A stretch of DNA of 64,000 nucleotides from Thermodesulfovibrionales bacterium (GTDB taxonomy: Bacteria > Nitrospirota > Thermodesulfovibrionia > Thermodesulfovibrionales > UBA6898). The notes beneath the pieces were generated by a model. That model saw nothing but the letters and a program-made list of their open reading frames with translations. It was not told where the DNA came from and ran no database searches. The stretch covers positions 64,001-128,000 of the forward strand of contig JBIOIY010000001.1 in NCBI GenBank assembly GCA_044450345.1. Direction: 5' to 3'. The translations under genes and the position numbers were made by a program. Below are positions 19,515 to 28,769 of this stretch, one piece after another; the first letter of the stretch is position 1, and every line of letters starts with the position of its first letter.

Positions 19515-20628
19515 CAGCAGATGGCTGATCTTTTTTCTGTGCTTCCTTCTTTAACGTTTCTTCGAGGTTCTTGTCGGTCTCTTCCATTCTGATCTTCGAA
19601 TATTCCGTATCGCTGATGATGTCGATGTCCCATCCGGTAAGTTTCATCGCGAGCCTCACGTTTTGGCCCTTCTTCCCGATCGCGAGAGAAAGCTGCTGGT
19701 CGTTCACCACGACCATAGCTGTCTTTCCTTCCTCGTTAATGCCTATTTTGTCGATCACCGCCGGGCTGAGCGCTCTGGCAATAAGCATTCTCGGGTCATC
19801 CGCCCACGGGATGATATCGATCCGCTCACCCCGGAGTTCACGCACGATCGTCTGAACCCTTGTCCCCTTCATGCCGACGCAAGAACCTACGGGATCGACG
19901 GCGCTGTTCTTCGAATACACGGCGATCTTCGTGCGTTCCCCGGGTTCTCTGACGATATTCTTTATCAGGACCAGCCCTTCGCTAATCTCCGGGACCTCCA
20001 TCTTGAACAGCCCGGCCACAAAGTCCGGAGAAGTCCTTGATACAAGGATAGCCGGACCCTTAGTCGTGATCCTCACATCCTCAATGATCGCTTTTACCGG
20101 ATCGCCTCTCTTGAGGTTCTCGGTCGGCAGCGTGTCTTTGATGGGAAGGATCGCCTCGGTCTTTCCAAGGTTGATGTAATAAAACCCCTTTTCCTTCCTC
20201 ATGACGGTTCCCGTGATGATCTGACCCGCCTTGTCCTTAAACTCGTTGTAGATAACGTCCCTTTCGGCCTCCCGTACCCTCTGGAATATAACCTGTTTGG
20301 CTGTTTGGGCAGCAATCCGTCCGAGGTCATGGAGATCGAGAGGAAGATCGACGGTTTCACCCTCGTTCTTATCCGGCTCGATCTTCTTTGCGTCCGCAAG
20401 AGATATTTCCTCAAGGGGGTCCTTGACAGCCGCAACAATAGTCTTGGTTTCAAAGACCCTTATATTGCATTTCTGCCGGTCGATGATGAGGTTGATGTTC
20501 GTCCTGCCGCCGTATTTCTTGCGCATTGCAGACAAAAGGGCAGATTCGAGGGCCTCTATCAAAACCTCCTTCGATATTCCTTTTTCCCTGCTGATCTGCT
20601 CTACGACGTGGCACAACTCCTTCGTCAT
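19507..20628 (-). CDS. nusA: Transcription termination/antitermination factor NusA
   Basis: GRIAAQTAKQVI, REPGERTKIAV and LAIGKKGQNVRLA. Confidence 0.97.
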   Translation of the reverse strand: MTKELCHVVEQISREKGISKEVLIEALESALLSAMRKKYGGRTNINLIIDRQKCNIRVFETKTIVAAVKDPLEEISLADAKKIEPDKNEGETVDLPLDLHDLGRIAAQTAKQVIFQRVREAERDVIYNEFKDKAGQIITGTVMRKEKGFYYINLGKTEAILPIKDTLPTENLKRGDPVKAIIEDVRITTKGPAILVSRTSPDFVAGLFKMEVPEISEGLVLIKNIVREPGERTKIAVYSKNSAVDPVGSCVGMKGTRVQTIVRELRGERIDIIPWADDPRMLIARALSPAVIDKIGINEEGKTAMVVVNDQQLSLAIGKKGQNVRLAMKLTGWDIDIISDTEYSKIRMEETDKNLEETLKKEAQKKDQPSADG

Positions 20629-21086
20629 TTCAGCTCTATCTCCAATCTCGCCTTCGAGACATTCTCAAATGGGATATCTATGACTCCATTATCTTTCATG
20701 GTCAATTTGATACTATTCTCGCGCACTTCAGTAATCCGGCCGACAAAAAAGTTTTGTCTTTCTATATTCTCCTTTATAATGATCCGGGCCAGTTTACCTA
20801 CACTCATCTCAAAGTCTCTCAACCTCTTCAACGGCCTGTCAAGTCCCGGAGACGAGACCTCGAGTACGTATGACGACTTTATCGGGTCTTCTACGTCCAA
20901 AACAGCCGAAACAGCCCGGCTGAAAAGAGCGCAGTCATCAAGGGTCACACCCCCCGTCTTGTCAATAAATATCCTCACCGTAAGCCTCCTCATACTCCCG
21001 GCAAATTCGATGTCAACAACATCCACTCCGTACTCAGCAGCCACCGAACCGGCCAACTCGGATATTTTCCCTTTGATATTTTCCAT
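20625..21086 (-). CDS. rimP: Ribosome maturation factor RimP
   Basis: IDKTGGVTLDDC and YVLEVSSPGLDRPL; start set to the ATG at 21086 (MENIKG). Confidence 0.95.
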   Translation of the reverse strand: MENIKGKISELAGSVAAEYGVDVVDIEFAGSMRRLTVRIFIDKTGGVTLDDCALFSRAVSAVLDVEDPIKSSYVLEVSSPGLDRPLKRLRDFEMSVGKLARIIIKENIERQNFFVGRITEVRENSIKLTMKDNGVIDIPFENVSKARLEIELK

Positions 21087-21087
21087 A

Positions 21088-21118
21088 TAAAACAAAAGAG
21101 TGGGATTGCCCACTCTTT
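21088..21118 (-). promoter_or_regulatory. rimP leader hairpin (terminator-like)
   Basis: AAAGAGTGGG-CAAT-CCCACTCTTT followed by a U-rich run immediately 5' of rimP, consistent with the described rimP leader. Confidence 0.7.
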
Positions 21119-21172
21119 AATCAAAACTCCGAAACGAATATGCACCTATTGTACAGAATTAGCATCAAAAAA

Positions 21173-22768
21173 TCAATTGTTATTCCCCTTCAGCACCTTA
21201 CCAGCCAACTTTCCCGACGGTACGCCCTCCCAAACCGCAGGGGTGCCGTTCACAAGGACATAGGCGACCCCTTCAGGCATCTGGAACGGATCTGCATAGG
21301 TCGATTTGTCCATGATCCTCCCGGCATCGAAGACCACTATATCGGCGTAGAAGCCTTCTTTCAGCCCGCCCCTTTTACTGAGTCCGAAAGTCCGCGCCGT
21401 CAGCCCGGTCGCCTTATATATGGCCTCTGGAAGAGAAAGAAGTCCCGCCTTTCGGACATAATTGCCAAAAAATCTCGGAAAGGTGCCGAAAGTCCTGGGA
21501 TGGGGTTTCCCTTTCTTAGTAGGCCCGTCGAAGCTCCTCGCGGAACTGTCGGAGCCTATCATGCAATAAGGCAGAGAAAGGAACTTTCTCAGATTTTCCT
21601 CTTTCATCGAAAGAAATATCGCCCCCACCCTCAGTTTTTCTTCCAGGAGTATCTCAAAGACCGTCTCCATCCCGCCATTTCTCCTGACGCGGCTGATTTC
21701 AGCGATAGTCTTTCCTTCCATCCATCTGTTTTTTTCAGATGCAACAGAGGAGACTATTACTTTTTCCCAATAGCCATGCGATCCCGATTGTTCCCGCATC
21801 TCCATCGCTATTTTGTCTTTTTCCTTTCGGTCCAGCAACCTTCGCAGCTCCTCTTCGTTACCCCCCTCGAAAACCCAGGAAGGCAATATCGCGTCGAGGT
21901 CGGTGCTTGACGCGATGTAGGGATAACGGTCGCAGGTTATCTTCAAACCCCGGCTGCGGGCCTCTTTAAGCAGGGAAAGGACGTCCTCTGCCTTCTGCCA
22001 GTTTCGCTCTCCCGCTGTCTTGATATGCGATATATGGACTTTTACGCCGCTTTCCTCTCCTATCCTGATGACTTCCTCCACAGCCTGGGTAAGACGGGCG
22101 CCTTCACTCCTCATGTGACTTGCGTAAATAAGGTCTCTGCTGAGGAGTACCCTTGCGATATGGATAAGCTCTTCAGTGCCGGAGTAAATGCCGGGGGGAT
22201 ATATCAGCCCTGTCGAAAGACCGATCGCACCCTGTCCTATCGCCTCTTCCATTAACGCCGCCATACCATCCAGTTCTTCCCGAGAAGGTTCTTTGTCATC
22301 GTATCCCACCACCGAGCCACGGATGTTGCCATGACCGGCCAGAAAGGCCATATTGACCGCAAAACCGCTCTTTGCGAGTAGAGCGAAATACTCACTGAAG
22401 GTATTCCACCTGTCCCTGATGCCGAGTTCCCTCAAGTCTTCTTCGCGTTTTTCTAAGGCCTTCTTAAAAAGAGGCGCTGCTGACATTCCGCAATTTCCAT
22501 TGATCTCGGTAGTTATCCCCTGGCATATCTTTCCCTCGGCGCGGGGGTCGGCAACAATAGTAAAATCTGAATGCGAATGGGCATCGATGAACCCCGGGCA
22601 CACGGCAAACCCCCTGGCGTCTATGGTCTTGTCAGCTTTTTTTTCGTCGGACCGTCCTATAAACCGTATCATGCCGTCGGCTATCCCGATGTCGGAAATA
22701 AACGGGGCCGAAAGACCTCCGTCATACAAAAGTCCGCCCTTAATAAGGATATCAAAGGTTTTGCCCAT
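21173..22768 (-). CDS. N-acyl-D-amino-acid deacylase (D-aminoacylase)
   Basis: PGFIDAHSHSD, GNCG, GLSTGLIYPPG, HMRSE, GSD and PHPRTFGTFPR. Confidence 0.9.
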   Translation of the reverse strand: MGKTFDILIKGGLLYDGGLSAPFISDIGIADGMIRFIGRSDEKKADKTIDARGFAVCPGFIDAHSHSDFTIVADPRAEGKICQGITTEINGNCGMSAAPLFKKALEKREEDLRELGIRDRWNTFSEYFALLAKSGFAVNMAFLAGHGNIRGSVVGYDDKEPSREELDGMAALMEEAIGQGAIGLSTGLIYPPGIYSGTEELIHIARVLLSRDLIYASHMRSEGARLTQAVEEVIRIGEESGVKVHISHIKTAGERNWQKAEDVLSLLKEARSRGLKITCDRYPYIASSTDLDAILPSWVFEGGNEEELRRLLDRKEKDKIAMEMREQSGSHGYWEKVIVSSVASEKNRWMEGKTIAEISRVRRNGGMETVFEILLEEKLRVGAIFLSMKEENLRKFLSLPYCMIGSDSSARSFDGPTKKGKPHPRTFGTFPRFFGNYVRKAGLLSLPEAIYKATGLTARTFGLSKRGGLKEGFYADIVVFDAGRIMDKSTYADPFQMPEGVAYVLVNGTPAVWEGVPSGKLAGKVLKGNNN

Positions 22769-22778
22769 TGGGTGAAAT

Positions 22779-23450
22779 CTATGGCCCTACATTTCTCTCG
22801 GCACCCGCCGGCCGGGCAGGCTGTTGTTTCTCAAAGAAAGATTCCGGATACTGAAGACTTCTCACAAAAAAGGGCATAAGGAATGCCGACACATTTCGGG
22901 CCCTACCCCAGAAACCCTGTTCAGAGGAGGTCTGTTTGTTTTCCCTGTAAGCTGCGGAGGCCATATTCTTCAGAACCGGGAAACACTTCATGGTCAGCCC
23001 CATGGTATGAAAGAAGTCCCTTATCGGCAATCCCACCCTCTCCAGCGGGCCGAATAGCCTTCCGAGACCGTCAACCATCTCTTCCGCCTCCGCAGAAGCC
23101 ACCAGGACCTTCGCCCCTCCTATCATAAGAAAAACCCGCAACGTCCTGACTGCGGCGATATGAAGTCCCTCGTCGGTGACCAGAAACAACCCCGTCGAAA
23201 GCAGTACACGGCCGTGCCGTCCGATAATATTACTTATGAAAGTAAAGAGGAGAAACACGCTTATCGGCAGCCATCCTGACTTCACGGCTCTTACGGGTAT
23301 CTTCAGAAAAAAAAGGCCCAGTAGCGCACAGGCGAACAGATACACGGTCAGATTGTCGAAAACAAAAAGGAGCGCGACAAAGAAAAAGTAAGAAATGATC
23401 TTCAGTTCCGGTTTAGTCTTTGGAGTCAACTGTTTTCCTGACATTTGCAA
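22779..23450 (-). CDS. ECF transporter transmembrane T component (CbiQ/EcfT-like); start uncertain
   Basis: Hydrophobic helices, PELKI N-terminal motif, GL..A...LR and GL.RL..PL pattern. Confidence 0.7.
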   Translation of the reverse strand: MQMSGKQLTPKTKPELKIISYFFFVALLFVFDNLTVYLFACALLGLFFLKIPVRAVKSGWLPISVFLLFTFISNIIGRHGRVLLSTGLFLVTDEGLHIAAVRTLRVFLMIGGAKVLVASAEAEEMVDGLGRLFGPLERVGLPIRDFFHTMGLTMKCFPVLKNMASAAYRENKQTSSEQGFWGRARNVSAFLMPFFVRSLQYPESFFEKQQPARPAGAERNVGP

Positions 23451-24585
23451 CCGTCTGGGTGTCGGACGACACGGACATGTATTTAGCTATCCCGGTCGCG
23501 ATGGATTTTGCAATCTCTTCTTTGTATGAATCTTTTGAAAGGAGTCTCTCTTCAAGCGGATTGCTTATAAAAGATACCTCGGCAAGCACCGAAGGCATGC
23601 GTGCACCGAAGAGTACGTAAAACATGGACCATTTCACCTTGAGGTCCACCACACCTGGAAACTTATCGGAAAGCCCATTTACCATCGCCATCTGGATATA
23701 ATTTGCAAGTTTATTAGATTCGTCTCTCTTATGGTCTCTTTTCAGGCTTGCCAGCTCCACGTCAAGAAAGTCCGCCTCGTTTTTCATCTCCTTCATTTTT
23801 TTAAGCGATATCTGGTTCTCCCTTGCAGCCACCTTCATCGATTCCACGTCGTCGGACCAGTTGAGAAAATATGTCTCTATGCCTTTAGCGTCTCTCCTCG
23901 GACTTGCATTCGCATGCACGGAGACAAAAAGGTCTGCATTTTTGCTGTTCGCTATCGCAGTGCGCTCTACAAGAGGGATAAAAACATCCCTGTCCCGCGT
24001 CAGAAACACCTCGAACCCTGGATTCTTGGATAGGATCGTCTTTACCTTGAGCGCAATATCGAGAACAACGTCCTTCTCGCAAAGTTTCTTCGGTCCGATC
24101 GCGCCGGGGTCATGGCCTCCGTGGCCCGGATCAATGACTATCCTCTTCCTCGAGGAGACAAGCGGCTGTGCCGATATCCCGTAGACATCGATTATTATCC
24201 TGACCGGATCTTCGAGGGTAATCATTTTATAGTCCTTGATCTTCTCCAGATCAAGCACGACCCTCACCGTGTTCTCGTTGAACTGGGCCGCACGCACGGA
24301 TCTAAGCATGCCGTTGCCTATAGGCAGATTCGTCTTCAACTCTTTCTTTATGGTGCTGCCCTTTATATCGAAATAAAGCCGGTCCGGATTAGCAAGGCGT
24401 TTTTTGGAATATTCAGCCCTATCAGAAAGTGTTACTACTACCCTTGTATAATCAGGATAGGACCAGAAACTGATGTCAGTGACATCAACGATCTCGAGAG
24501 ATTCTGAAAGGTGAGGGGAAAGGAAAAAAAGGAAGGCCGCCAGCAGGAACAAAACGGTTCGCCTGTATGCCCCTACCGCGCCCAA
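23413..24585 (-). CDS. N-acetylmuramoyl-L-alanine amidase (AMIN + Amidase_3)
   Basis: Signal peptide, YTRVVV/PDRLYFD AMIN, IDPGHGGHDPGA, SVHANA and LAEVSFISN. Confidence 0.93.
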   Translation of the reverse strand: MGAVGAYRRTVLFLLAAFLFFLSPHLSESLEIVDVTDISFWSYPDYTRVVVTLSDRAEYSKKRLANPDRLYFDIKGSTIKKELKTNLPIGNGMLRSVRAAQFNENTVRVVLDLEKIKDYKMITLEDPVRIIIDVYGISAQPLVSSRKRIVIDPGHGGHDPGAIGPKKLCEKDVVLDIALKVKTILSKNPGFEVFLTRDRDVFIPLVERTAIANSKNADLFVSVHANASPRRDAKGIETYFLNWSDDVESMKVAARENQISLKKMKEMKNEADFLDVELASLKRDHKRDESNKLANYIQMAMVNGLSDKFPGVVDLKVKWSMFYVLFGARMPSVLAEVSFISNPLEERLLSKDSYKEEIAKSIATGIAKYMSVSSDTQTVANVRKTVDSKD

Positions 24586-24621
24586 TTTAGCCCAATCTTC
24601 TCCCTATTTTCGCTATTCCCA

Positions 24622-24843
24622 TTATACCGACTGCACGGAGGTGATCTCCGGTATCTCTTTCCTGATGCTCGATTCCACCCAATTTTTCATGGTCAAGGAA
24701 GACATCGGACAGGTGCCGCAAGCGCCCTTCAACTTTACGTAGACGACGGTACCCTTGACGTCTACAAGTTCTATATCTCCGCCTTCGGACTTAAGTCCTG
24801 CCCTCACCTTATCTAGGATCTCTTCCACTCTTGCCCTCAGCAT
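24622..24843 (-). CDS. NifU C-terminal/NfuA-like Fe-S carrier
   Basis: EGGDIELV and LKGACGTCPMS. Confidence 0.9.
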   Translation of the reverse strand: MLRARVEEILDKVRAGLKSEGGDIELVDVKGTVVYVKLKGACGTCPMSSLTMKNWVESSIRKEIPEITSVQSV

Positions 24844-24972
24844 TGGATCACCACCTTCTCAATAATAAAGGAAAAGTCCGGAATATTCAAGTATCATACT
24901 ATGTTAAGCCTTCTTTGGTCTTGATATTAAGCGATTTTATCGCCTCTGCCGGGATAAGAGAACCGATGTATT

Positions 24973-25467
24973 TCAGCCGACTTTCCCGAATGCCTGCTTC
25001 TTTGCCTTGCAAACAGGACATTCATCAGGTGCCTCGCCTTCGGCAGTATAGCCGCAAACCTGGCATACGTAGTAGTCAGCTTCAATGTTCGTGCCAAGGC
25101 TTTCGAGGGCAGCCTGGTAGAGACGGGCATGTACCTTTTCGACTTCATTCGCAAGGCTAAAGCTCCTCAGGGCCGCGGCATGGCCCTCGGCCTTTGCTTC
25201 TTCGATCATTCTCGGGTACATTTTTTGAAATTCGTAGGATTCCCCGCTTATTGCCGCCACCAAATTTTCCCTTGTGCTCTTTATCCCGTTCAACCCTTTA
25301 AGGTGATTATGCGCATGAATGGTTTCGGCCTCGGCTGCCGCCCTGAACAACTTGGCGACCTGCGTATAACCCTCCTGTTCAGCCTTTACAGCAAAAGCGA
25401 GGTACTTTCTGTTTGCCTGCGATTCACCGGCAAACGCATCCTGAAGATTTTTTAAGGTATCCGACAT
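24973..25467 (-). CDS. Rubrerythrin
   Basis: AFAGESQA, ETIH, EKVH; C-terminal CQVCG...CPVC rubredoxin-like domain. Confidence 0.93.
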   Translation of the reverse strand: MSDTLKNLQDAFAGESQANRKYLAFAVKAEQEGYTQVAKLFRAAAEAETIHAHNHLKGLNGIKSTRENLVAAISGESYEFQKMYPRMIEEAKAEGHAAALRSFSLANEVEKVHARLYQAALESLGTNIEADYYVCQVCGYTAEGEAPDECPVCKAKKQAFGKVG

Positions 25468-25848
25468 AACGATTACTACCTCCTTTTTAAAATTACCCTT
25501 TACGCTTATTATATGACATTAACTCTTGCAACAGAATTATTATTCATTTCAACCAAAAATGAGTTTTAAGGAAAAGCCCATTACCTAGTGCGGCACTGCA
25601 CAGGGACACCCTCCTGGATTCAATCACAGTCAGGGGGCAGAAGAAGGTTGCCAAGACCAAGGAGATCATGGAAAAGGAGTTCGATCTCGCCAGATTTCTG
25701 GAGGAACTCAAAATCGGGAAATAGCGGGCAGTCGCGCCATCAAGATAGAGGATGTTTCGTGGCACGGCTCTTTTTTTGCCAAACCTTGCATTGCCCTGCC
25801 CTATTCTCCTATTCTATGTAGTAAATCACACACAGGGGGCCCTTATCT

Positions 25849-26529
25849 ATGGAAGACCTAAAGACGTCTGAAACATGGCGGGTGTTCAGGATTCAGTCCG
25901 AACTGGTAGAAGGTTTCGAGACCCTCCACGACCTCGGTCCGGCCGTTACTATATTCGGAAGTGCAAGACTGTCGCAGGAAAACAGATATTATGATGATGC
26001 CTTTACGCTGGCAAAGATGCTTGCTGACGACGGTTTTGCGATCATCACTGGAGGCGGCCCCGGTATCATGGAAGGCGCCAACAAAGGTGCAAAAAAGGGA
26101 AAGGCACATTCCGTAGGCCTGAACATAGAGATACCGAGCGAGCAGGTGCCCAATAGATATCAGGACGTCAGCCTCTCTTTCCGGTATTTCTTCATAAGGA
26201 AGCTGATGTTCATCAAATACGCCATCGCCTTCATCATCTTCCCCGGGGGCTTCGGAACCATGGATGAACTGTTCGAGGCATTGACCCTTTCCCAAACCAA
26301 AAGGATTCAGTCCTTCCCGATCATCCTCTATGGTTCCGAACACTGGAAGGGCCTTATCGACTGGATGAAAAACACGCTCGTCCGGAACGGAACGATCGCA
26401 CGGGAAGACTTCTCCCTCTTCTCCCTGGTCGATACGCCGGAAGAGGTCCGTTTCCTCATCAACGAGCATTACCGGGTATTCGGAGGAGTCAGGCCGAAGG
26501 CAAACAGCGAAAAGAAAAATCAGAAATAA
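25849..26529 (+). CDS. LOG family protein (TIGR00730-like)
   Basis: TIFGSAR, TGGGPGIM and PGGFGTMDE. Confidence 0.92.
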   Translation: MEDLKTSETWRVFRIQSELVEGFETLHDLGPAVTIFGSARLSQENRYYDDAFTLAKMLADDGFAIITGGGPGIMEGANKGAKKGKAHSVGLNIEIPSEQVPNRYQDVSLSFRYFFIRKLMFIKYAIAFIIFPGGFGTMDELFEALTLSQTKRIQSFPIILYGSEHWKGLIDWMKNTLVRNGTIAREDFSLFSLVDTPEEVRFLINEHYRVFGGVRPKANSEKKNQK

Positions 26530-26536
26530 GACTACT

Positions 26537-26575
26537 CCCTCTTCTTCCCCTCTCATCACGGGGGGAGGAAGAGGG
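26537..26575. terminator. Pyrimidine/purine hairpin between convergent LOG and hemE genes
   Basis: CCCTCTTCTTCCCC...GGGGAGGAAGAGGG followed by TATTTTT. Confidence 0.55.
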
Positions 26576-26626
26576 TATTTTTCAAGTTACGGCGGTGATT
26601 ATTTTCGCCACTTGAATTGCATCAAT

Positions 26627-27658
26627 TTACACTCTGCTCAGTCTGTGTACCGCCTCGACCATCGCGACGGCATTCTCCACCGGCGTTTCAGGCAGTATGC
26701 CATGCCCCAGATTAAAGATATGTCCGTGTGCGGTTTCGGCCTTGTTCAGGATGTCCTGCACCCTTTCCTCGATATGTTCCTTAGGTCCGAAAAGCACCAG
26801 GGGGTCGAGGTTCCCCTGGACCGATACCTTCTTGCCGAGTCCCTTTACCGCCCTGCCCATATCGACGCGCCAGTCTATGCCTATGACGTCGGCCCCTGAT
26901 TTTTTTGCTATATCCAGGACGCCCGCACAATCGTTTACAAAATAGATGATCGGGACATCATGACTTTTTTTCAACGCCTTTATCGCAGATTTCACGTAGG
27001 GGAATATCACATTTTCGTAATCAAAAGGCGAAAGTATGCCGGCCCATGAATCAAAGAGCTGCACCGCCTGAGCACCCGCCCTTATCTGGGCGGAAAGGTA
27101 ATCTATGACCGTCGACGTGATCTTGTCGAACAATGCGGAAAAAAGTCCGGGGTTTTGGTACATCATCTTCTTTGTATTGATAAAATTCTTGGAGCTTCCG
27201 CCTTCGATTATGTACGTCGCAAGGGTGAAAGGCGCGCCCGAAAAACCGATCAGAGGGACCCTGTTTGAGAGCTCTCGCCTGAGGATCCTTATCGTCTCGA
27301 GCACAAAGGGCATACTGTCCTCGGTGTCCGGGATGATCAGCTTGTCGACACCCGACTTGTTCCTGACCGGTTCGCCGAGGATAGGCCCTTTCTTGTCGGA
27401 AAACTCCAGATGCATCCCCATCGCCTCGACAGGGATAAGGATGTCGGAGAAGAGTATAGCCGCGTCGACTCCGAGTATATCGATCGGCTGGAGAGTGACC
27501 TTTGCGGCCAGCTCCGGAGTTTTGCAGAGGGTGAGAAAATCCACCTTCGCGCGCACTTCCTGATATTCCTTCAGGTACCGGCCTGCCTGCCTCATCAGCC
27601 ATACTGGAGTGTAATCCACCTTCTCGCCCCTGCAGGCCCTCAAAAAAGTATCGTTCAT
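26627..27658 (-). CDS. hemE: Uroporphyrinogen decarboxylase
   Basis: [25 protein letters not shown] and FNLGHG; true start MNDTFLRAC at 27658 with ATGA overlap. Confidence 0.96.
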   Translation of the reverse strand: MNDTFLRACRGEKVDYTPVWLMRQAGRYLKEYQEVRAKVDFLTLCKTPELAAKVTLQPIDILGVDAAILFSDILIPVEAMGMHLEFSDKKGPILGEPVRNKSGVDKLIIPDTEDSMPFVLETIRILRRELSNRVPLIGFSGAPFTLATYIIEGGSSKNFINTKKMMYQNPGLFSALFDKITSTVIDYLSAQIRAGAQAVQLFDSWAGILSPFDYENVIFPYVKSAIKALKKSHDVPIIYFVNDCAGVLDIAKKSGADVIGIDWRVDMGRAVKGLGKKVSVQGNLDPLVLFGPKEHIEERVQDILNKAETAHGHIFNLGHGILPETPVENAVAMVEAVHRLSRV

Positions 27659-28725
27659 TTTGCCACCTTTCCGATTTTCCTGGGGACATAACTGCAGAAC
27701 GGTTCTTCTTCGAGGTAATCTCCGTACACGGAATACGCCCTGGCACGGCAACCGCCGCAGACGTTGACAAACTCGCAGGAACCGCATTTCCCCTTGTATT
27801 TTTTGAAATCCCTCAGGTCCTTGAAAAGCGCCGAACCCTCCCAGATCTCCTTGAATGAACTCTCCCGAACATTGCCCGCGGGCTTCGGGAAGTAACTGCA
27901 TGGGAGCACATTGCCGTCTACATCGATCAGGCATATGAGCTGTCCCGCGATGCAGCCTTTGGAACCGCCCGTCGAAAACTTAAGGGTACGCTTCTTGAAC
28001 TTTTCCCCTTCTTTCTTTGACTGCTGCAAGACCACCCGGTAATAATGCGGCGCGCACGTCGGCCTCACAAGCATCATGTCCTCGTCCTTCTCCATCTGAT
28101 AATGCCAGTCGAGGATCTCCTCGTAATCCTCCTTCGAGATGAGCTCGTTCATGATCTCTTCACCCCGGCCCGTCGGCACGATCATGAACATGTACCAGGC
28201 CGTAGCCCCGAGTTCTTTCGCAAGACGATAGACCTTCGGTATCTCCTCCTGGTTTCTACGGGTAAAAGAGGAATTCACGATAAACTCTATCCCGTGCCTC
28301 TTGAAGAGCCTCGCCGCATTGATCGTTCCGGCAAAGGCCCCCTTCTGGCTCCTGAAATCGTCATGAACGCCCTCTTCGGAACCGTCAAGGCTGAGCGAAA
28401 CGATCCTGATACCCGAGGTCTTGATATTTTCGCAGGTTTCGTCGTTGACGAGCGTACCGTTCGTGGCAAGACACATCCTCAGGCCCTTGTCCGTTCCATA
28501 TCGGGCAATCTCGAAAACGTCCTTTCTCACAAGGGGCTCTCCCCCGGAAAGGACGACGACAGGTTTCGCATAGCTCACAATATCATCTATTACCCTGAAT
28601 GCCTCGGAAGTAGGAAAATCAGGGTGGCCCTTCGCCTCCATCTCCGAGGATGAGCGGCAATGGACACAGCGGAGGTTGCATCTCCTCGTTATCTCCCAGG
28701 CAATCCACTTGGGTGAAAATTCCAT
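27655..28725 (-). CDS. Radical SAM/SPASM heme biosynthesis protein (AhbD/NirJ-like)
   Basis: [23 protein letters not shown] and SPASM CIAG...PC...CGSC...CGGCRARA; coupled to hemE. Confidence 0.85.
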   Translation of the reverse strand: MEFSPKWIAWEITRRCNLRCVHCRSSSEMEAKGHPDFPTSEAFRVIDDIVSYAKPVVVLSGGEPLVRKDVFEIARYGTDKGLRMCLATNGTLVNDETCENIKTSGIRIVSLSLDGSEEGVHDDFRSQKGAFAGTINAARLFKRHGIEFIVNSSFTRRNQEEIPKVYRLAKELGATAWYMFMIVPTGRGEEIMNELISKEDYEEILDWHYQMEKDEDMMLVRPTCAPHYYRVVLQQSKKEGEKFKKRTLKFSTGGSKGCIAGQLICLIDVDGNVLPCSYFPKPAGNVRESSFKEIWEGSALFKDLRDFKKYKGKCGSCEFVNVCGGCRARAYSVYGDYLEEEPFCSYVPRKIGKVAK

Positions 28726-28769
28726 TAGCTATCTCCTTGCTTAAATAATAAAGAACCCTACCGACACTA

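Noticed and set aside
22804..22823. Degenerate fourth copy of the 20-bp palindrome in the ecfT tail
   Set aside because: Needs an indel and several mismatches in GC-rich sequence; could be chance.
25532..25548. PerR/Fur box upstream of rubrerythrin
   Set aside because: Only ~9/14 match in AT-rich DNA; plausible but unsupported.
25559..25861. TAG read-through (pyrrolysine) ORF starting MSFKEKPIT
   Set aside because: The downstream translation is not protein-like and no pyl genes are visible.
27659..27934. N-terminal extension of HemE in the ORF track
   Set aside because: Overlaps the radical SAM gene; the HemE-like sequence starts at ATG 27658. Track extensions of the DsrE gene, yggS, the GGDEF gene, the DUF2064 gene and the desaturase were trimmed for similar reasons.
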